64,000 nucleotides of DNA. Source: Squalus acanthias (Eukaryota). A program made the translations under genes and the position numbers. Positions within the stretch are counted from its first letter, which is position 1. Each line of letters begins with the position of its first letter. This document shows positions 23,958 through 36,577 of this stretch, piece by piece. The stretch is from the NCBI GenBank assembly GCA_030390025.1, contig CM059432.1:2542001-2606000 (forward strand), given 5' to 3'. The notes beneath the pieces were generated by a model. That model was given only the letters and a program-made list of their open reading frames with translations, was not told where the DNA came from and ran no database searches.

Positions 23958-24416
23958 GTCAGCCATGACTCAGTGGGTAGCGCCCTCGCCTGAGTCAGAA
24001 GGTCGTGCGTTCAAGCCCCACTCCAGAGACTGGAGTACAAACATTTAGACTGACACTCCAGTGCAGTGCTGAGGGAGTGCTGCATTGTCAGAGGTGCCGG
24101 CTTTCGGATGAAATGTTAAACCGAGGCCCCGTCTGCTCTCTCGGGTGGACGTAAAAAATCCCATGGCCACTATTTCGAAGAAGAGCAGGGGAGTTCTCCC
24201 CGGTGTCCTGGGGCCAATATTTATCCCTCAATCCACATAGCAAAAACTGATGGATCTAGTCGTTATCACATTGCTGTTTGTGGTAGCTTGCTGTGCGCAA
24301 ATTGACTGCCGTGTTTCCTACATTACAACAGTGACTACACTCCAAAAAGTACTTCATTGGCTGTAAAGCGCTTTGGGATGCCGTGAAAGGCGCTATAGAA
24401 ATGCAAGTCTGTCTTT
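23958..24416 (+). mobile_element. DeuSINE, full length
   Basis: tRNA head, Deu core, L2-like tail. Confidence 0.85.
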
Positions 24417-24947
24417 ATTTATTGCCTATTCTATAATGCAATATTTATCAACATTTCAATCCACAGGGGCTGCTCTATAATGATCAGAAAATGCCACGTT
24501 CTATGTATCTCACCTGATCAAATATCTGAAAATAGCTAGTTCCTGACTGAGTCGGATGTACGGAATCCCACTGCAGTTTTATTCATCTTCCCCACCTTCA
24601 ATATTGCATCCTGTTCATACACCATTCTTTGGACAAGATGGTACGCAACTTACTGTCGGAACTTCTATCTCGAACAAGTTAGTGTCCAAGAGTAGTCTGG
24701 TGTGACCCTCTAACCACATCCCCACCAGAAACATCTTTGTGCTTCTTTCAGACAATAAGCCAACATTGGCAACCCCTCCCCACACGGGAAACCGAGATTG
24801 TGTAACTACATTGCACAGGGGCGCAGCGCAGTCACCAGGATGATACCGGGGCTAAAAGGGTTAAATGACGACAACAGGTTGCACGGACGAGGCTCGTATT
24901 CCCGCGAGTGTAGTAGATTAAGGGGCGATCTCATTGAGATGTTGAAC

Positions 24948-25652
24948 ATAGAAACATAGAAGATAGGAGCAGGAGTAGGCCATTCGGCCCCTCGAGCCTG
25001 CTCCGCCATTCGATGAGATCATGGCTGATCATCTAAACTCAGTACCCTGTACCTGCCTTCTCCCCATATCTCTTGATACCTTTAGCTTTAAGAAATATAT
25101 CTAACTCATCCTTGAATATATTTAATGACTTCGCCTCAACTACCTTCTGTGGTAGAGAATTCCACAGGTTCACCACTCTCTGGGTGAAGAAATTCTTCCT
25201 CATTTCTGTCCTAAATGGTTCACCCGTTATCCGTAGATTATGACCCCTGGTTCTGGACTCTCCGACCATCGGGAACATTCTTCCTGCATCTAGTTTGTCC
25301 AGACCTGTCAGAATTTTATATGTTTCGATGAGATCCCTTCTCATTCTTCTATACTCCAGTGAGTATAAGCCCAATCGACCCAATCTCTCCTCATATGTCA
25401 TTCCTGCCATCCTAAGTTTTAAGCCTTGTGAATCTTCGCTGAACTCCTTCCATGGCAAGAACATCCTTCCTCAGATAAGGCGACCAAAACTGCACACAGT
25501 ACTCAAGGTGTGGTCTCACCAAGGCCCTGTACAACTGCAGCAGGACATCCCTGTTCCTATACTCAAACCCTTTCGCGATGAAGGCCAACATACCATTTGC
25601 CTTCTTCACCGCCTGCTGCACCTGCATGCTTACTTTCAGCGACTGGTGCACA
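24948..25652 (-). mobile_element. Young CR1 3' fragment nested in an older plus-strand CR1 (about 24830-26040)
   Basis: ORFs 25039-25464 and 25412-25651. The host frame RLRGDLIE...KSVDRVD resumes after the insert. Confidence 0.85.
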
Positions 25653-26247
25653 AGGATTAAAAGTGTTGATAGGGTCGATGCTATTTCCTCTGGTGAGGGG
25701 GAGTCCAGAACAAAGCGGGGGGGGGGGGGGGGGGGGTGGGGGGGGGGGGGAGGGGGTGCAGAACCTTAAAATTAGAGCCAGGCCGTTCAGGGGTGATGTC
25801 AGGAAGCACTTCTTCACACAAAGGGTAGTGGAAATCTGCAACTCTCTCCCCAAAAAAGCTGTTGAGGCTGGGGGTCAATTGAAGATTTCAAAATTTAGAT
25901 TGATAGATTTTTGCTAAGCAAGGGTATTAAGGGAACCAAGGTGGGTGGATGGAGTTAAGATACAGATCAGCCATGATCTCATTGAATGGCGGAATAGGCT
26001 CGAGGGGCTGAATGGCCTCCTCCTGCTCCTATGTTCTCATTTCTTCCTCTGTTCCATCATGTTCTGTAATTGCAAGGCACACAGCCCACTGGAGGTCCAA
26101 CAGTGTCACTCCACGAAAGGCCAGTACCATATTGCAATCAAGTACACCCCATGGGAACTTCTCAGGCTACAAGTCTCTCAAGTATTTAAAAAAACAATTG
26201 GGATATGGATGGAGTCAATCCATCTGGAAGAAAGGGCAAAGGAAAGA

Positions 26248-26862
26248 CAGACTTGCATTTCTATAGCGCCTTTCACGACCTCAGGACGTCCCAAAGCGCT
26301 TTACAGCCGATTAAGTACTTTTTGAAGTGTAGTCACTGTTGTAATGTAGGAAACGCGGCAGCCAATTGCGCACAGCAAGCTCCCACAAACAGCAATGTGA
26401 TAATGATCAGATAATCTGTTTTTGTGATGTTGATTGATCATCGTCACTGGGTCAAAATCCTGGAATTCCCTCCCTAACAGCACTGTGGGAGCACCTTCAC
26501 CACACGGACTGCAGTGGTTCAAGAAGGCGGCTCACCACCACCTTCTCGAGGGCAATTCGGCCTTGCCAGCGACGCCCACATCCCATAAAAGAACAGAAAA
26601 AAAATATTGGACAGGACACCGGGGATAATTCCCCCTGCTCTTCTTCGAAATAGTGCCATGGCGTCTTTTACAGCCACCCGAGAGCGCAGACGGGGCCTCG
26701 GTTTAACGTCTCATCCGAAAGACGGCACCTCCGACAGTGCAGCACTCCCTCAGCACTGGAGTGTCAGCCTGGATTTTTGTGCTCAAGTCTCTGGAATGGG
26801 ACTCGAACCCACAACCTTCTGACTCAGAGGGGAGGTTGCTACCCACTGAGCCACAGTTAACA
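26248..26862 (-). mobile_element. DeuSINE interrupted by a family-B LINE tail (about 26437-26600)
   Basis: SINE head and tail flank CACTGGGTCAAAATCCTGG...GACGCCCACATCCC. Confidence 0.75.
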
Positions 26863-26899
26863 CCTGAAAAGCAAGAGTCCTCCATGATGCACAACATCT

Positions 26900-27423
26900 C
26901 CTTATTTAAGGAAGGATATACTTGCATTGGAGGCAGTTCAGAGACGATTCACTAGGTTAATTCCAGAGATGAGGGGGTTGACTTATGAGGAAAGGTTGAG
27001 CAGGCTGGGCCTATACTCATTGGAATTTAGAAGAATGAGAGGTGATCTTATTGAAACATAAGATACTGAGGGGGCTCGACAAGGTCGATGCAGAGAGGAT
27101 GTTTCCCCTCGTGGGGAAATCTAGAACGCGGGGGCACAGTTTCAGAATAAAGGGTCGCCTTTTTAGAACTGAGATGAGGAGGAATTTCTTCTCTCTGAGG
27201 GTTGTAAATCTGAGGAATTCTCTGCCGCAGAGAGATGTGGAGGCTGGGTCATTAAATACATTTAAGGAGGAGATAGACAGATTTTTGCAAGATAAGGGAG
27301 TGAAGGGTTATGGGGAGTGGGCTGGGAAGTGGCTTTGAGCCCAAGATCAGCCATGATCTTATTGAATGGCAGAGCGGGCTCGAGGGGCCAAGTGGCCAAG
27401 GCTCCTATTTCTTATGTTCTTAT
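26900..27423 (+). mobile_element. CR1 3' fragment
   Basis: [22 protein letters not shown]...RRNFFSLRVVNL plus tail. Confidence 0.85.
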
Positions 27424-28214
27424 CAATGAATGAATGAATGTGGAAAATCTACGAATAAATGTAAACTAGGTTGCACCAATTATGATTGGAACCAAGACAT
27501 CTCTTTGTGGAATGAACTGCCCCCAAGTGGAATACATGCAGAATTATTCAGAAACACGACCAAGTTCTTGATTCAAAGCGGGAACCTTTTTACTTCTCAA
27601 GCCCAAAGCAGGAGAAGAAAAAAAAGAACAATCCTGACGAAAATGATTTCTAACCCGTTTCGAATTTAACACACATTAAGAGCACGACTAGCTGCACGGC
27701 TGACAAGAGTCTTTGAGAGGAAAAAATGGCGCCTCGCTTTTGCAGCAACATCTCCATCAGCACAACAGCTGGCACTGAAAGGCAGACAGAAGGGATTACG
27801 AGTGCGCCATGGGGGGAGAAGCCTGCAGCGGGAACTGGCAGGGAGGGAGCGAAGCAACATTTACTATTTGTCGGAGACACTCGTCATCTGACACTGGAAA
27901 ATTTATTTAAAATTAGGAAGAGAGAACGAGCACTTCAAATGAATTGAATAGCTCCACCCCCGATTGTGGGAACCAGGATTAGTCCAACTTTCATTCTGTT
28001 ATGGTTTGAATGGTACAACAAAAAAGGAAATAAAATGTTTTAAATGGAGGCTACTGCCACTTGGGTTTGCTATCTTTTCTCTGGTCCGAAACTGGATCGG
28101 GGCATGTCCTGGGGCACTGAACCTTAAACAGGGCACAGGGACCCGCCGGATGTGGAATTAATTCGCATTTATTTTATCTTTCTTTCCCATCTCTCGCTGC
28201 CATACTCCTTTAAG

Positions 28215-28673
28215 TGTCAGCCTTGGCTCAGTAGGTCGCACTCTCGCCTCAGTCAGTATTCTCACTCCAGAGACTTGAGCACAAAGTCCAGGCTGACGCT
28301 CCCAGTGCAGTGCTGAGGGAGTGCCGCACTGCCAGAGGTGCCGTCTCTCGGATGAGACGTTAAACCGAGGCCCCATCTGCCCTCGAAGGTTGACGTAAAA
28401 CGATCCCATGGCCACTATTTCGAAGAGGAGCAGGGGAGTTATCCCCGGTGTCCTGGGGCCAATATTTATCCCTCAATCAATATCACTAAAATACAGATTA
28501 TCTGGTCATGATCACATTGCTGGTTGTGGGAGCTTGCTGTGCATAAATTAGCTGCCGCGTTTCCTACATTACAACAGTGACTACACTTCAAAAAGTACTT
28601 CAGTGGCTGTAAAGCGCTTTGCGATATCCTGAGGTAGTGAAAGACGCTATAGAAATGCAAGTCTTTCTTTCTT
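28215..28673 (+). mobile_element. DeuSINE
   Basis: Head with a deletion, core and tail. Confidence 0.8.
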
Positions 28674-29431
28674 TATACCTCATGTCCTCAATTACTTTAC
28701 TGACATATGGGATCTAGTATTTAAAAAAAAGTTGTAATTGTAACGTATGTTCTATTTGGTTCTGTAGATATACTTTTGAACTATTCACATTATTTCAGCA
28801 TTTGTTCTTTATCAGGTACTATTTCATCGAAAGCGATTCCATTTTTAAAAATATGTGCGTGGTTTGTTTAATTGCTTATTTTTAATAAGGCTTCTTCGGC
28901 AGCACCTCCCAAACCCGCGACCTCTACCACCTAGAAGGACAAGGGCAGCAGGCGCATGGGAACACCACCACCTCCAAGTCACACACACCATACTGACTTA
29001 GAAATACATCGTCGATCCTTCATCGTCGCTGGGTCAAAATCCTGGAACTCGCTCCCTAACAGCACTGTGGGAGCACCTTCACCACACGGACTGCAGCGGT
29101 TCAAGAAGTGGGCAATAAATGCTGGTCTTGCCAGCGACGCACACATCACAGGAACGGATACAAAAAAAATTGTTACAAGGCAGCAAGGGGGGGGGGGGAA
29201 GCTCTCAGCCACTCCAGCTATGCAAATCCCCCCCAAAAAAGACAGACTACAATGCAAATTCCTCCCACGGTTCCAGCGCTGGAGAACTGAACAGATGTGA
29301 TTTATCATGGGAAGAATGTCGGAGTGGGCGGAGAAAGAGAGCAGAATGTTGACTGATTATCCACACTGCTTCTAAGAGGGTGTTAACCAGGAAAAAAAAA
29401 AGTGTTGCACACTCAAAAACGGGACTTGTTC

Positions 29432-30063
29432 TTTTGCATTTCTACAGCGCCTTTCACGATCACCGGACGTCCCTAAATGCTTTACAGTCAATGAAGTACT
29501 TTTTGAAGTGTAGTCACTCTTGTAATGTGGGAAACACGGCAGCCAATTTGCGCACAGCAAGCTCCCACACACAGCAATGTGATAATAGATAGATAGAGTT
29601 ATACAGCACAGAAAGAGGCCCTTCAGCCCATCGTGTCCGCGCCGGCCATCAAGCCCCGTCTATTCTATTCCCATTTTCCAGCACTTGGTCCGTAGCCTTG
29701 TATGCTATGGCGTTTCATGACCATAATGACCAGATAATCTGTTTTAGTGATGTTGATTGAGAGATAAATATTGGCCAGGACACTGGGGATAACTCCCCTG
29801 CTCTTCTTCAAATAATGCCATGGGATCTTTTACATCCACCTGAGAGAGCAGACGGGGCCTCGGTTTAACGTCTCATCTGAAAGACGGCCCCGCCGACAGT
29901 GCAGCACTCCCTCAGCACTGCCCCTCCGACAGTGCGGCGCTCCCTTGGTACCGCACTGGGAGTGTCAGCCTAGATTTTTGTGCTGAAGTCTCTGGAGTGG
30001 GATTTGAACCCACAACCTTCTGACTCCGAGGCGAGAGCGCTGCCCACTGAGCCACAGCCGACA
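29432..30063 (-). mobile_element. DeuSINE with 2 copies of the 33-bp unit and a CR1-tail insert (about 29585-29717)
   Basis: Head at about 30000-30063, units at about 29895-29955. Confidence 0.75.
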
Positions 30064-30242
30064 CTTAAAAATGGACTATTCTGACCATAAAAAAAAATCC
30101 TACACTGCCATGGAAAGTACTCGTACTGTGACATGCCTCAAGCATAACAAGCCAATATTTTCAATAAAATTCACCAGTTCTCTCAGCCCCAATTACTGCT
30201 AGTTCCACTTAATAAGTGTATTTGGATCAGGACACGCTTTCA

Positions 30243-30820
30243 TCACCTCCAGACCTGACTGTTCCGAAACTCACCTGGCCGGCATTCCACCTCCCGTAAA
30301 CTTGAGGTCACCCAAAACTCTGCTGCCTGTGTCCTAACTCGCACCAAGTCCCATTCACCCATCACCCCTGTGCTCACTGACCTACAGTGGCTCCCAGTCA
30401 GACAACGCCTCGAATTTAAAATTCGCATCCTGGTGTTCAAATCCTTCCATGGTCTCCAACCCTCCCTATCTCTGTAAATTCCTCCAGCTCTACAACAGCG
30501 CCAGCGCCACCCCCGAGATCTCTGCGCTCCTCCAATTCCTGGCCTCTTGAGCATCCCCGATTTCCATCGCTCCACCATTGGCGGCCGTGCCTTCAGCTAC
30601 CTGGGCCCAAAGCTCTGGAATTCCCTCCCTAAACCTCTCCACCTCTCTCTCTTCCTTTAAGACGCTCCTTAAAACCTCCCTCTTTGACCAAGCTTTTGAT
30701 CACCTGTCGTAAGATCTCATGTGGCTCGGTGTCAGATTGTGTCTGATAATCACTCCTGTGAAGCGCCTTGGGACGTTTTACTACGTTAAAGGCGCTGTAT
30801 AAATGCAAGTTGTTGTTGTC
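30243..30820 (+). mobile_element. L2 LINE 3' fragment
   Basis: QNSAA.VLTRTKSHSPITPVLTDL.WLPV..RLEFKI. Tail TGTGAAGCGCCTTGGGACG...AAAGGCGCTGTATAAATGCAAG(TTG)n. Confidence 0.85.
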
Positions 30821-31073
30821 AACTTAACATGAAACACTTAAAGACTCTTTAAACTCAGTCTCTCCCATCATATGGCAATAAAAGCTGCTCTTTCATCCAA
30901 CAGGATACAAATCCAGCATTACCACCTCAATGGCACCAAATTTGACATCAGTATTAGAAAGGAGGTGGTTTATCATGATGTTCTCAGTTACGGGGTACTT
31001 TCAGATCAGCTGTTAATGTTCACAAAATATAAATCTTTTCTCCTTTATGCAAGTCTTTCTTTGAAAAAAAGTG

Positions 31074-31558
31074 TGTCAGCCGTGGCTCAGTGGGTCGCAC
31101 TCTCTCTCTCTCTCGCCTCTGAGTCAGAAGGTCATGGGTTCAAGTCCCCACTCCAGAGACTTGAGCACATAAAGCTAGGCTGACGCTCCCAGTGCAGTGC
31201 TGAGAGAGTGCTGCACTGTCGGAGGTGCCGTCTTTTGGATGAGACGTTAAACCGAGGCCCCGTCTGCTCTCTCAGGTGGACGTAAAAGATCCCATGGCCA
31301 CTATTTCGAAGAAGAGCAGGTGAGTTATCCCCCGGTGTCCTGGTCAATATTTATCCCTCAATCAACATCACTAAAACAGATTATCTGGTCATTATCACAT
31401 TGCTGTTTGTGGGAGCTTGCTGTGCGCAAATTGGCTGCTGCGTTTCCCACATTACAACAGTGACTACACTTCAAAAAGTACTTCATTGGCTGTAAAGCGC
31501 TTTGGGACGTCCCGAGGTCGTGAAAGGCGCTGGAGAAATGCAAGTCTTGCTTTCTTTC
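31074..31558 (+). mobile_element. DeuSINE, full length
   Basis: tRNA head with a (CT)n expansion, Deu core, L2-like tail. Confidence 0.85.
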
Positions 31559-32065
31559 TATGTCACATTTGTTGAGAAAGTGGCCCAATGTTGACCATAG
31601 CTAGAGCGCCACACTTGGTACCCCACCCAAAAAGAAATGGAATTTATTCAACTGCACAGAGGCCAACCAGTTCGCTCTATGTTGCTTACAAATCCTTCCA
31701 ATTACCTCCCTGTATATAGGTGCATTTAAGGTGGAAGTGTGCGAGGGAGAAAGGAATAGAAGGATACACAGGCACAGTGTGAGATGAGGGCGAGAGATGA
31801 AGTGAAGAGAGTGGGGAACAGGCTCGTGTGGAGCAGCGGGCCAAGCGGCCGATCTGTGTGCTGTAATATCCTATGTCGCTCTCTCAAACGAGCTGAAAGC
31901 AGCCGGCTATCCTCATGAAAAGCTTCAGCTCCTACCCTAGAAACTAGTCCAACAGAAAGAGTGAACAACAGTCTGCGATTAGACCTAACATTACCTTCAT
32001 GTATGCAACAGAATGTAGCAAGAAAAAATTAAAACAAAAAAAAAAAATTTATAGGCATGTATTAC

Positions 32066-32167
32066 CATCAGAATAATACTGCTGGTTCATGCTCTCTGGG
32101 GTACCCTGTCCATGATTGAACTGATCACTGTAGTAATCTTCCTGCCCTGCATATTGTTGTAGCGGAC
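32066..32167 (-). CDS. SS18: SS18 coding exon (human exon 7 equivalent), 102 nt
   Basis: tag|GT CCG CTA CAA...TCT GAT G|gtaat. Encodes GPLQQYAGQEDYYSDQFNHGQGTPESMNQQYYSD. Confidence 0.95.
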
Positions 32168-32949
32168 CTAAAAAAGTAACAGTCTCGCGTTAAGTGTAGC
32201 CTTCGCCGTTTGGTATTTATTTATAGATATAAAAATATACAGATACAACTAGCTGATTAAATAGAAACTTTTTAAAGTTTTACGGTGTACACGACTTGTG
32301 AACAGTGAAAGAACAATTTCATCAGAACACAGATAGCACAAATTCCATTAAATACGTCCGCTAGTTTTGACAGAGAGAGACACACACAGGCATTTCATCA
32401 CTATACAGGTGCGGTACCGCCGCCCCGGTGTTAAAGAAAGCACACAACAGGTTGTCCGTGAGTCGGCGCAGGCTTTTCACTCGAGAACACAGAATTGGAA
32501 AGCCAACAATTTTCGTTTACGCATTCTTCATTTGCATTGGTAGTTTCATCTCCACCGTCACAGGAATCGCAGACACGACTTGTCCCCTTTTATAAAACCT
32601 GCGCAAGCTTCCCTCCTTGAAACAAGAGTCGAAAGTACTCGACAGGGGACTGCAGTACTGTCTGAAATGACTCATGTCCGCACCGACAAAGTGTAGTTTT
32701 TAGTTTACTAAAACTTTCCATCAACACGGTTTGGAAGAGCAGGGAAGTCGCACATTTTGGGGAGCTCTCATCATTTAGCAAACCCACCTCAGCGTTCCGG
32801 AGACCCGCACTGGAAATCTTAAGACGGAAACGTGCTTATCACCTGCTGTGGAACATAGGAACAGGAGGAGGCCATTCAGCCCCTCGAGCCTGTTCCGCCA
32901 TTCAATGAGATCATGGCTGATCTGCGACCCAACTCCATATACCCGCCTT

Positions 32950-33216
32950 AACCTTTCCCATTACCATCTCGTCTTGCCTTGAGCATCTCTTAATGTCTCT
33001 ACTTACCATAGACCACCCCTTTTGTTCTTTTATTCCTCCCCCTTGCTTTTTTATCTGTTTCATTTCCTGCTTTTTTCTCAGTTCTGACGAAGGGTTTCGA
33101 CCTGAAACGTTAACTCTGTTTCTCTTTCCACGGATGTTGCCCTGGCCTGCTGAGTTTTTCCAGCGTTTTCTGTTGTTGTTTCAATTTTCTAGCATCCGCA
33201 GTATTTTGCTATCGTA
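32950..33216 (+). mobile_element. Short Penelope-like element (family 1) inserted in a minus-strand CR1 tail (about 32850-33497)
   Basis: 16-bp direct repeat TCCATATACCCGCCTT at 32934-49 and 33217-32. Contains a hammerhead motif. Confidence 0.75.
33080..33115 (+). ncRNA. Putative minimal type-I hammerhead ribozyme
   Basis: AGTT-CTGACGA-A-GGGT TTCG ACCT-GAAA-CG-TT-AACT. Conserved core, 4-bp stem I, stem II, palindromic ACGT stem III. Confidence 0.7.
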
Positions 33217-33882
33217 TCCATATACCCGCCTTTGCCCCATATCCCTTAATGGCTTTGGTTAACAAAAATGTATCAAGCTCACATTTAAAATTAATTGATC
33301 TAGCATCAATTGCCAATGGTGGAAGAGAGTTCCAAACTTCCACCACCCTTTGTGTGTTGAAGTGTTTCCTAATTTCACTCCTGAAAGGTCTGGCTCTAAT
33401 TTTTAGACTATGCCCCCTAGTCCTAGAATCCCCAACCAGCGGAAATAGTTTCTCTCTATCTACCCTATCTGTTCCCCTTAATATCTTGAAAACTATACAG
33501 GGCTTCATTACTTAATCTACCCCAAAATAACAAATATTGATAAAAGAAAGGTCAAAGGTAAATCAATCAGTGACATCGGTTTGGTCCTAATGTGACGAGT
33601 GAAACAAGTTCCCAGAAGGTCACCATCACAAAGAGGAATGCTGCAACTGCTCATCCAAGATTGGGGTGGAAAAGTGCAAATTCATCCCTTGAGCGCTAAT
33701 TTCCTTCGGGACTTCACGAAACACTTTCCATAATACATTGGCACAATTAATTATCCGGGAATACTGATGTGAGGTACACACACAAACACAGACATGTGCT
33801 GATATGCCTGTTGGAACAGATTAAACCTAGTATCTGGGCACACAGTTACGCTAGCCAGTATAATGTTACTGGTTGGGCTCAC

Positions 33883-34047
33883 CTTGCTGTGCTGGTCTGT
33901 ACGGGGGCATCTGTCTCTGGCCCATCATGTGATTCGCTTGGTTAACCGGACTCATCATGGCCATGGGCGGCTGGTTCGGGTAATGCTGGCCCCCTCCCTG
34001 TGGCATATTGTATTGCGAGGCAGACGGTTGCTGGTGCATCATGGGGC
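33883..34047 (-). CDS. SS18: SS18 coding exon (human exon 6 equivalent), 165 nt
   Basis: cag|GC CCC ATG ATG CAC...CAG CAA G|gtgag. Encodes GPMMHQQPSASQYNMPQGGGQHYPNQPPMAMMSPVNQANHMMGQRQMPPYRPAQQ. Confidence 0.96.
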
Positions 34048-35084
34048 CTGAAAGACACAGTCATCGTTGAAGCCGCTCGGCGCGCTCTCGTCACGCGCTC
34101 AAGAGAACCGTACAGCACAGGAGGCGGCCGCCACTCGGCCTGTGCCATGTCTTCGAAAGAGCCATCCAGTTAGTCCCGCCCGCCCCACCCCCGCCCCCCC
34201 CCCCCCTGGCTCTTTCCCCACAGCCCGGCAAATTACGTAGAACCTACAGCACGGGCCATTCGGCCCAACTGGTCTATCATGCTCCACACGAGCCTCCTCC
34301 CACCCTACTTCATCTCACCCCAGCAGCATGTCCTTCCATTCCTTTTCTCCCTCACGTGTTTATCTAGCTGCCCCTTAAATGCATCAGTGCTATTCGCCTC
34401 AACCACTTCCTGTGGTAGCGAGTTCCACATTCTCACCACTCTCTGGGGAAAGAAGTTTCTCCTGAATTCCCCATTGGATTTATTTGTGATTTTGCGCCTT
34501 TTCAGCTATTTAGCCAATTCGCTTTTGAAAGTAAGTTACTGCTGAATCTGCTTCCACTTCCCGATCACAACAACTCGCTGCGTAAAAAAAATCTTTTTCC
34601 CCCCACTGGATTTTTTGCCAATTAGCTTACATCTGATTCCTCTGCCACAGGAAGCAGTCGCTCCTTATTTACTCTATTAAAACCCTTCATAACTGGAGAA
34701 CTGGACTCGAGACCCAGTTCTGCATCATGTACTTCAAGTCATTCAGGCAAGAAAATTCAATGCTCGTGTTTAGTCTCTCCCGACAGTACAAAAAGAAAAG
34801 ACTTTCATTTATATAGCGCCTTTCACAACCTCAGGATGTCCCAAAGCGCTTTATATAGAGCTCCCCTGCTCTTTGAAATAGTGCCACAGGATCTTTTATG
34901 TCCACCTGAGAGGACGACAGACGGGGCCCTTGGGTTAACGTCTCATCTGAAAGACGGCACCTCCGACAGTGCAGCACTCCCTCAGCACTGCACTGGGAGT
35001 GTCAGCCTAGATTCGGTGTTAAAATCTCTGGAGTGAGGCTTGAAGCCACAACCTTGTGACTCAGAGGCGAGAGTGCCGCCCACT

Positions 35085-35905
35085 GCTGCTGCCTCAGCTC
35101 GTCTGCGGCTGAAACCCTCGTCCGTGCCTTTGTTACCTCCGTACTCGACTACTCCGATGCTCCCCTGGCCGGCCTGCCATCTACCCCGCCCCTTCTGTAA
35201 ACTTGAACTGATCCAACACTCTGCTGCCCGTATCCTGACTCGCACCAAGTCCCATTCTCCCAGCAACCCTGTGCTCCAATGTCCGGCGGAAGTCGCTCTG
35301 CCTCCTGCGCGGCCTCCCCCCCCCACCCCCAAACACTGCGCGGCTCATTCACATTTCACACATGCGCAGTATCGCCAATGCGAAAGCCGCCAGGCGGCCT
35401 CGCGGGACCTTGCAGCTGAACGGGAAAATTGCTGTGCTCACTGATCTATATTGCCGCACTGGTCCGGCAACGCCACGATTTTAAATTTCTCATCCGTGTG
35501 TTCAAATCCCTCCATGGCCTCGTCCCCTCCCCATCTCTGTAACCTCCTCCAGCCCCACAATCCCTCAGATCTCTGCGCACCTTCAATTCTGGCCTCTTGA
35601 CCATCCCCGATTTCTATCGCTCCGCCATTGGTGGCCGTGCCTTCAGCTGCCTGAGCCCTAAGCTCTGGAATTCCCTCCCTAAACCTCTCCGCCTCTCTCT
35701 CTTCCTTTAAGACGCTCCTTAAAATCTCCCTCTTTGACCAAGCTTTTGGTCACCTGTCCTAATATCTCCTTATGTGGCTCAGTGTCAAACTTTGTCTGAT
35801 AATCGCTCCTGTGAAGCGCCTTGGGACATTTTACTACATTAAAGGTGCTGTATAAATACAAGTTGTTGTTGTTATAGGCTATGTTAAAAGTGCTGTATAA
35901 ATACA
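35085..35905 (+). mobile_element. L2 LINE 3' part with a duplicated tail, interrupted by a MITE
   Basis: KLELIQHSAARILTRTKSHSP. The tail AAGGTGCTGTATAAATACAAG occurs twice, the second copy degenerate. Confidence 0.8.
35277..35431. mobile_element. hAT-type MITE (CAATGTTCCC family)
   Basis: Perfect TSD CTGTGCTC at 35269-76 and 35432-39, CAAT/ATTG termini. Confidence 0.75.
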
Positions 35906-35969
35906 AGCTGTTATTGTTGTTGACGTACTCCAGTTGCAGTTAAGTTGGTTATACAAGCGTTTGAAGTAC

Positions 35970-36185
35970 CTTGGCTTGGCTGCATGTTCATGTTTGTTCG
36001 GGGGCCATAGTTACCCATCGACTGGCCTTGGTTCATATTCATTTGGTTCTGCACTGGCATGCCCTGCGAAGATGGCACTGAATGGTTGTAGCCTCCCATG
36101 GAGCCGTGGCTACTCGTTGGCATGTTGACGGAGGCATTGGCCATGCTGGGTTGGCCTGGTCCTTGCACCGGTATGTGGTTTGGTC
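35970..36185 (-). CDS. SS18: SS18 coding exon (human exon 5 equivalent), 216 nt
   Basis: cag|GA CCA AAC CAC...AGC CAA G|gtac. Encodes GPNHIPVQGPGQPSMANASVNMPTSSHGSMGGYNHSVPSSQGMPVQNQMNMNQGQSMGNYGPRTNMNMQPSQ. Confidence 0.96.
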
Positions 36186-36577
36186 CTGGTAGATGCGGAA
36201 AAAACAAAACAGCTATTACAGAAACTGATCAGTATTATTTTTTTTATCCCTCTTCGAAAGTAACGCATTTGTACTGAAGTAGAGTTAAACCCACTTGCAC
36301 ATTTTACTATCAAGAGTTGCGCAGAGTTACAGGTCGAAGAGTAACCCAGAATGGAAGTCAATCTGAATACAGTTTGCAGCACTGGATGAGCAGAAATTTC
36401 CTCCAACTAAATATTGGGAAGACCAAAGCCATTCTCCTCGGGCCCCGCCACAAACTCCGTTCACTAACCACCGACCCCATCACTCACCCTGGCAATGGTC
36501 TAAGGCTGAACCGCACTGTTAGCAACCTTGGGGTCATAGGTGACCCCGAGACGAGCTTCCGACTGCATAACCGCGCC

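Noticed and set aside
25717..25756. Long G tract as a functional G-quadruplex
   Set aside because: It is a homopolymer expansion inside a decayed CR1, its length may be a sequencing artefact, and nothing else supports function.
31991..32065. Alternative downstream donor for exon 7 (AAG|GTAAT)
   Set aside because: The extension introduces an in-frame stop within a few codons and there is no evidence of use.
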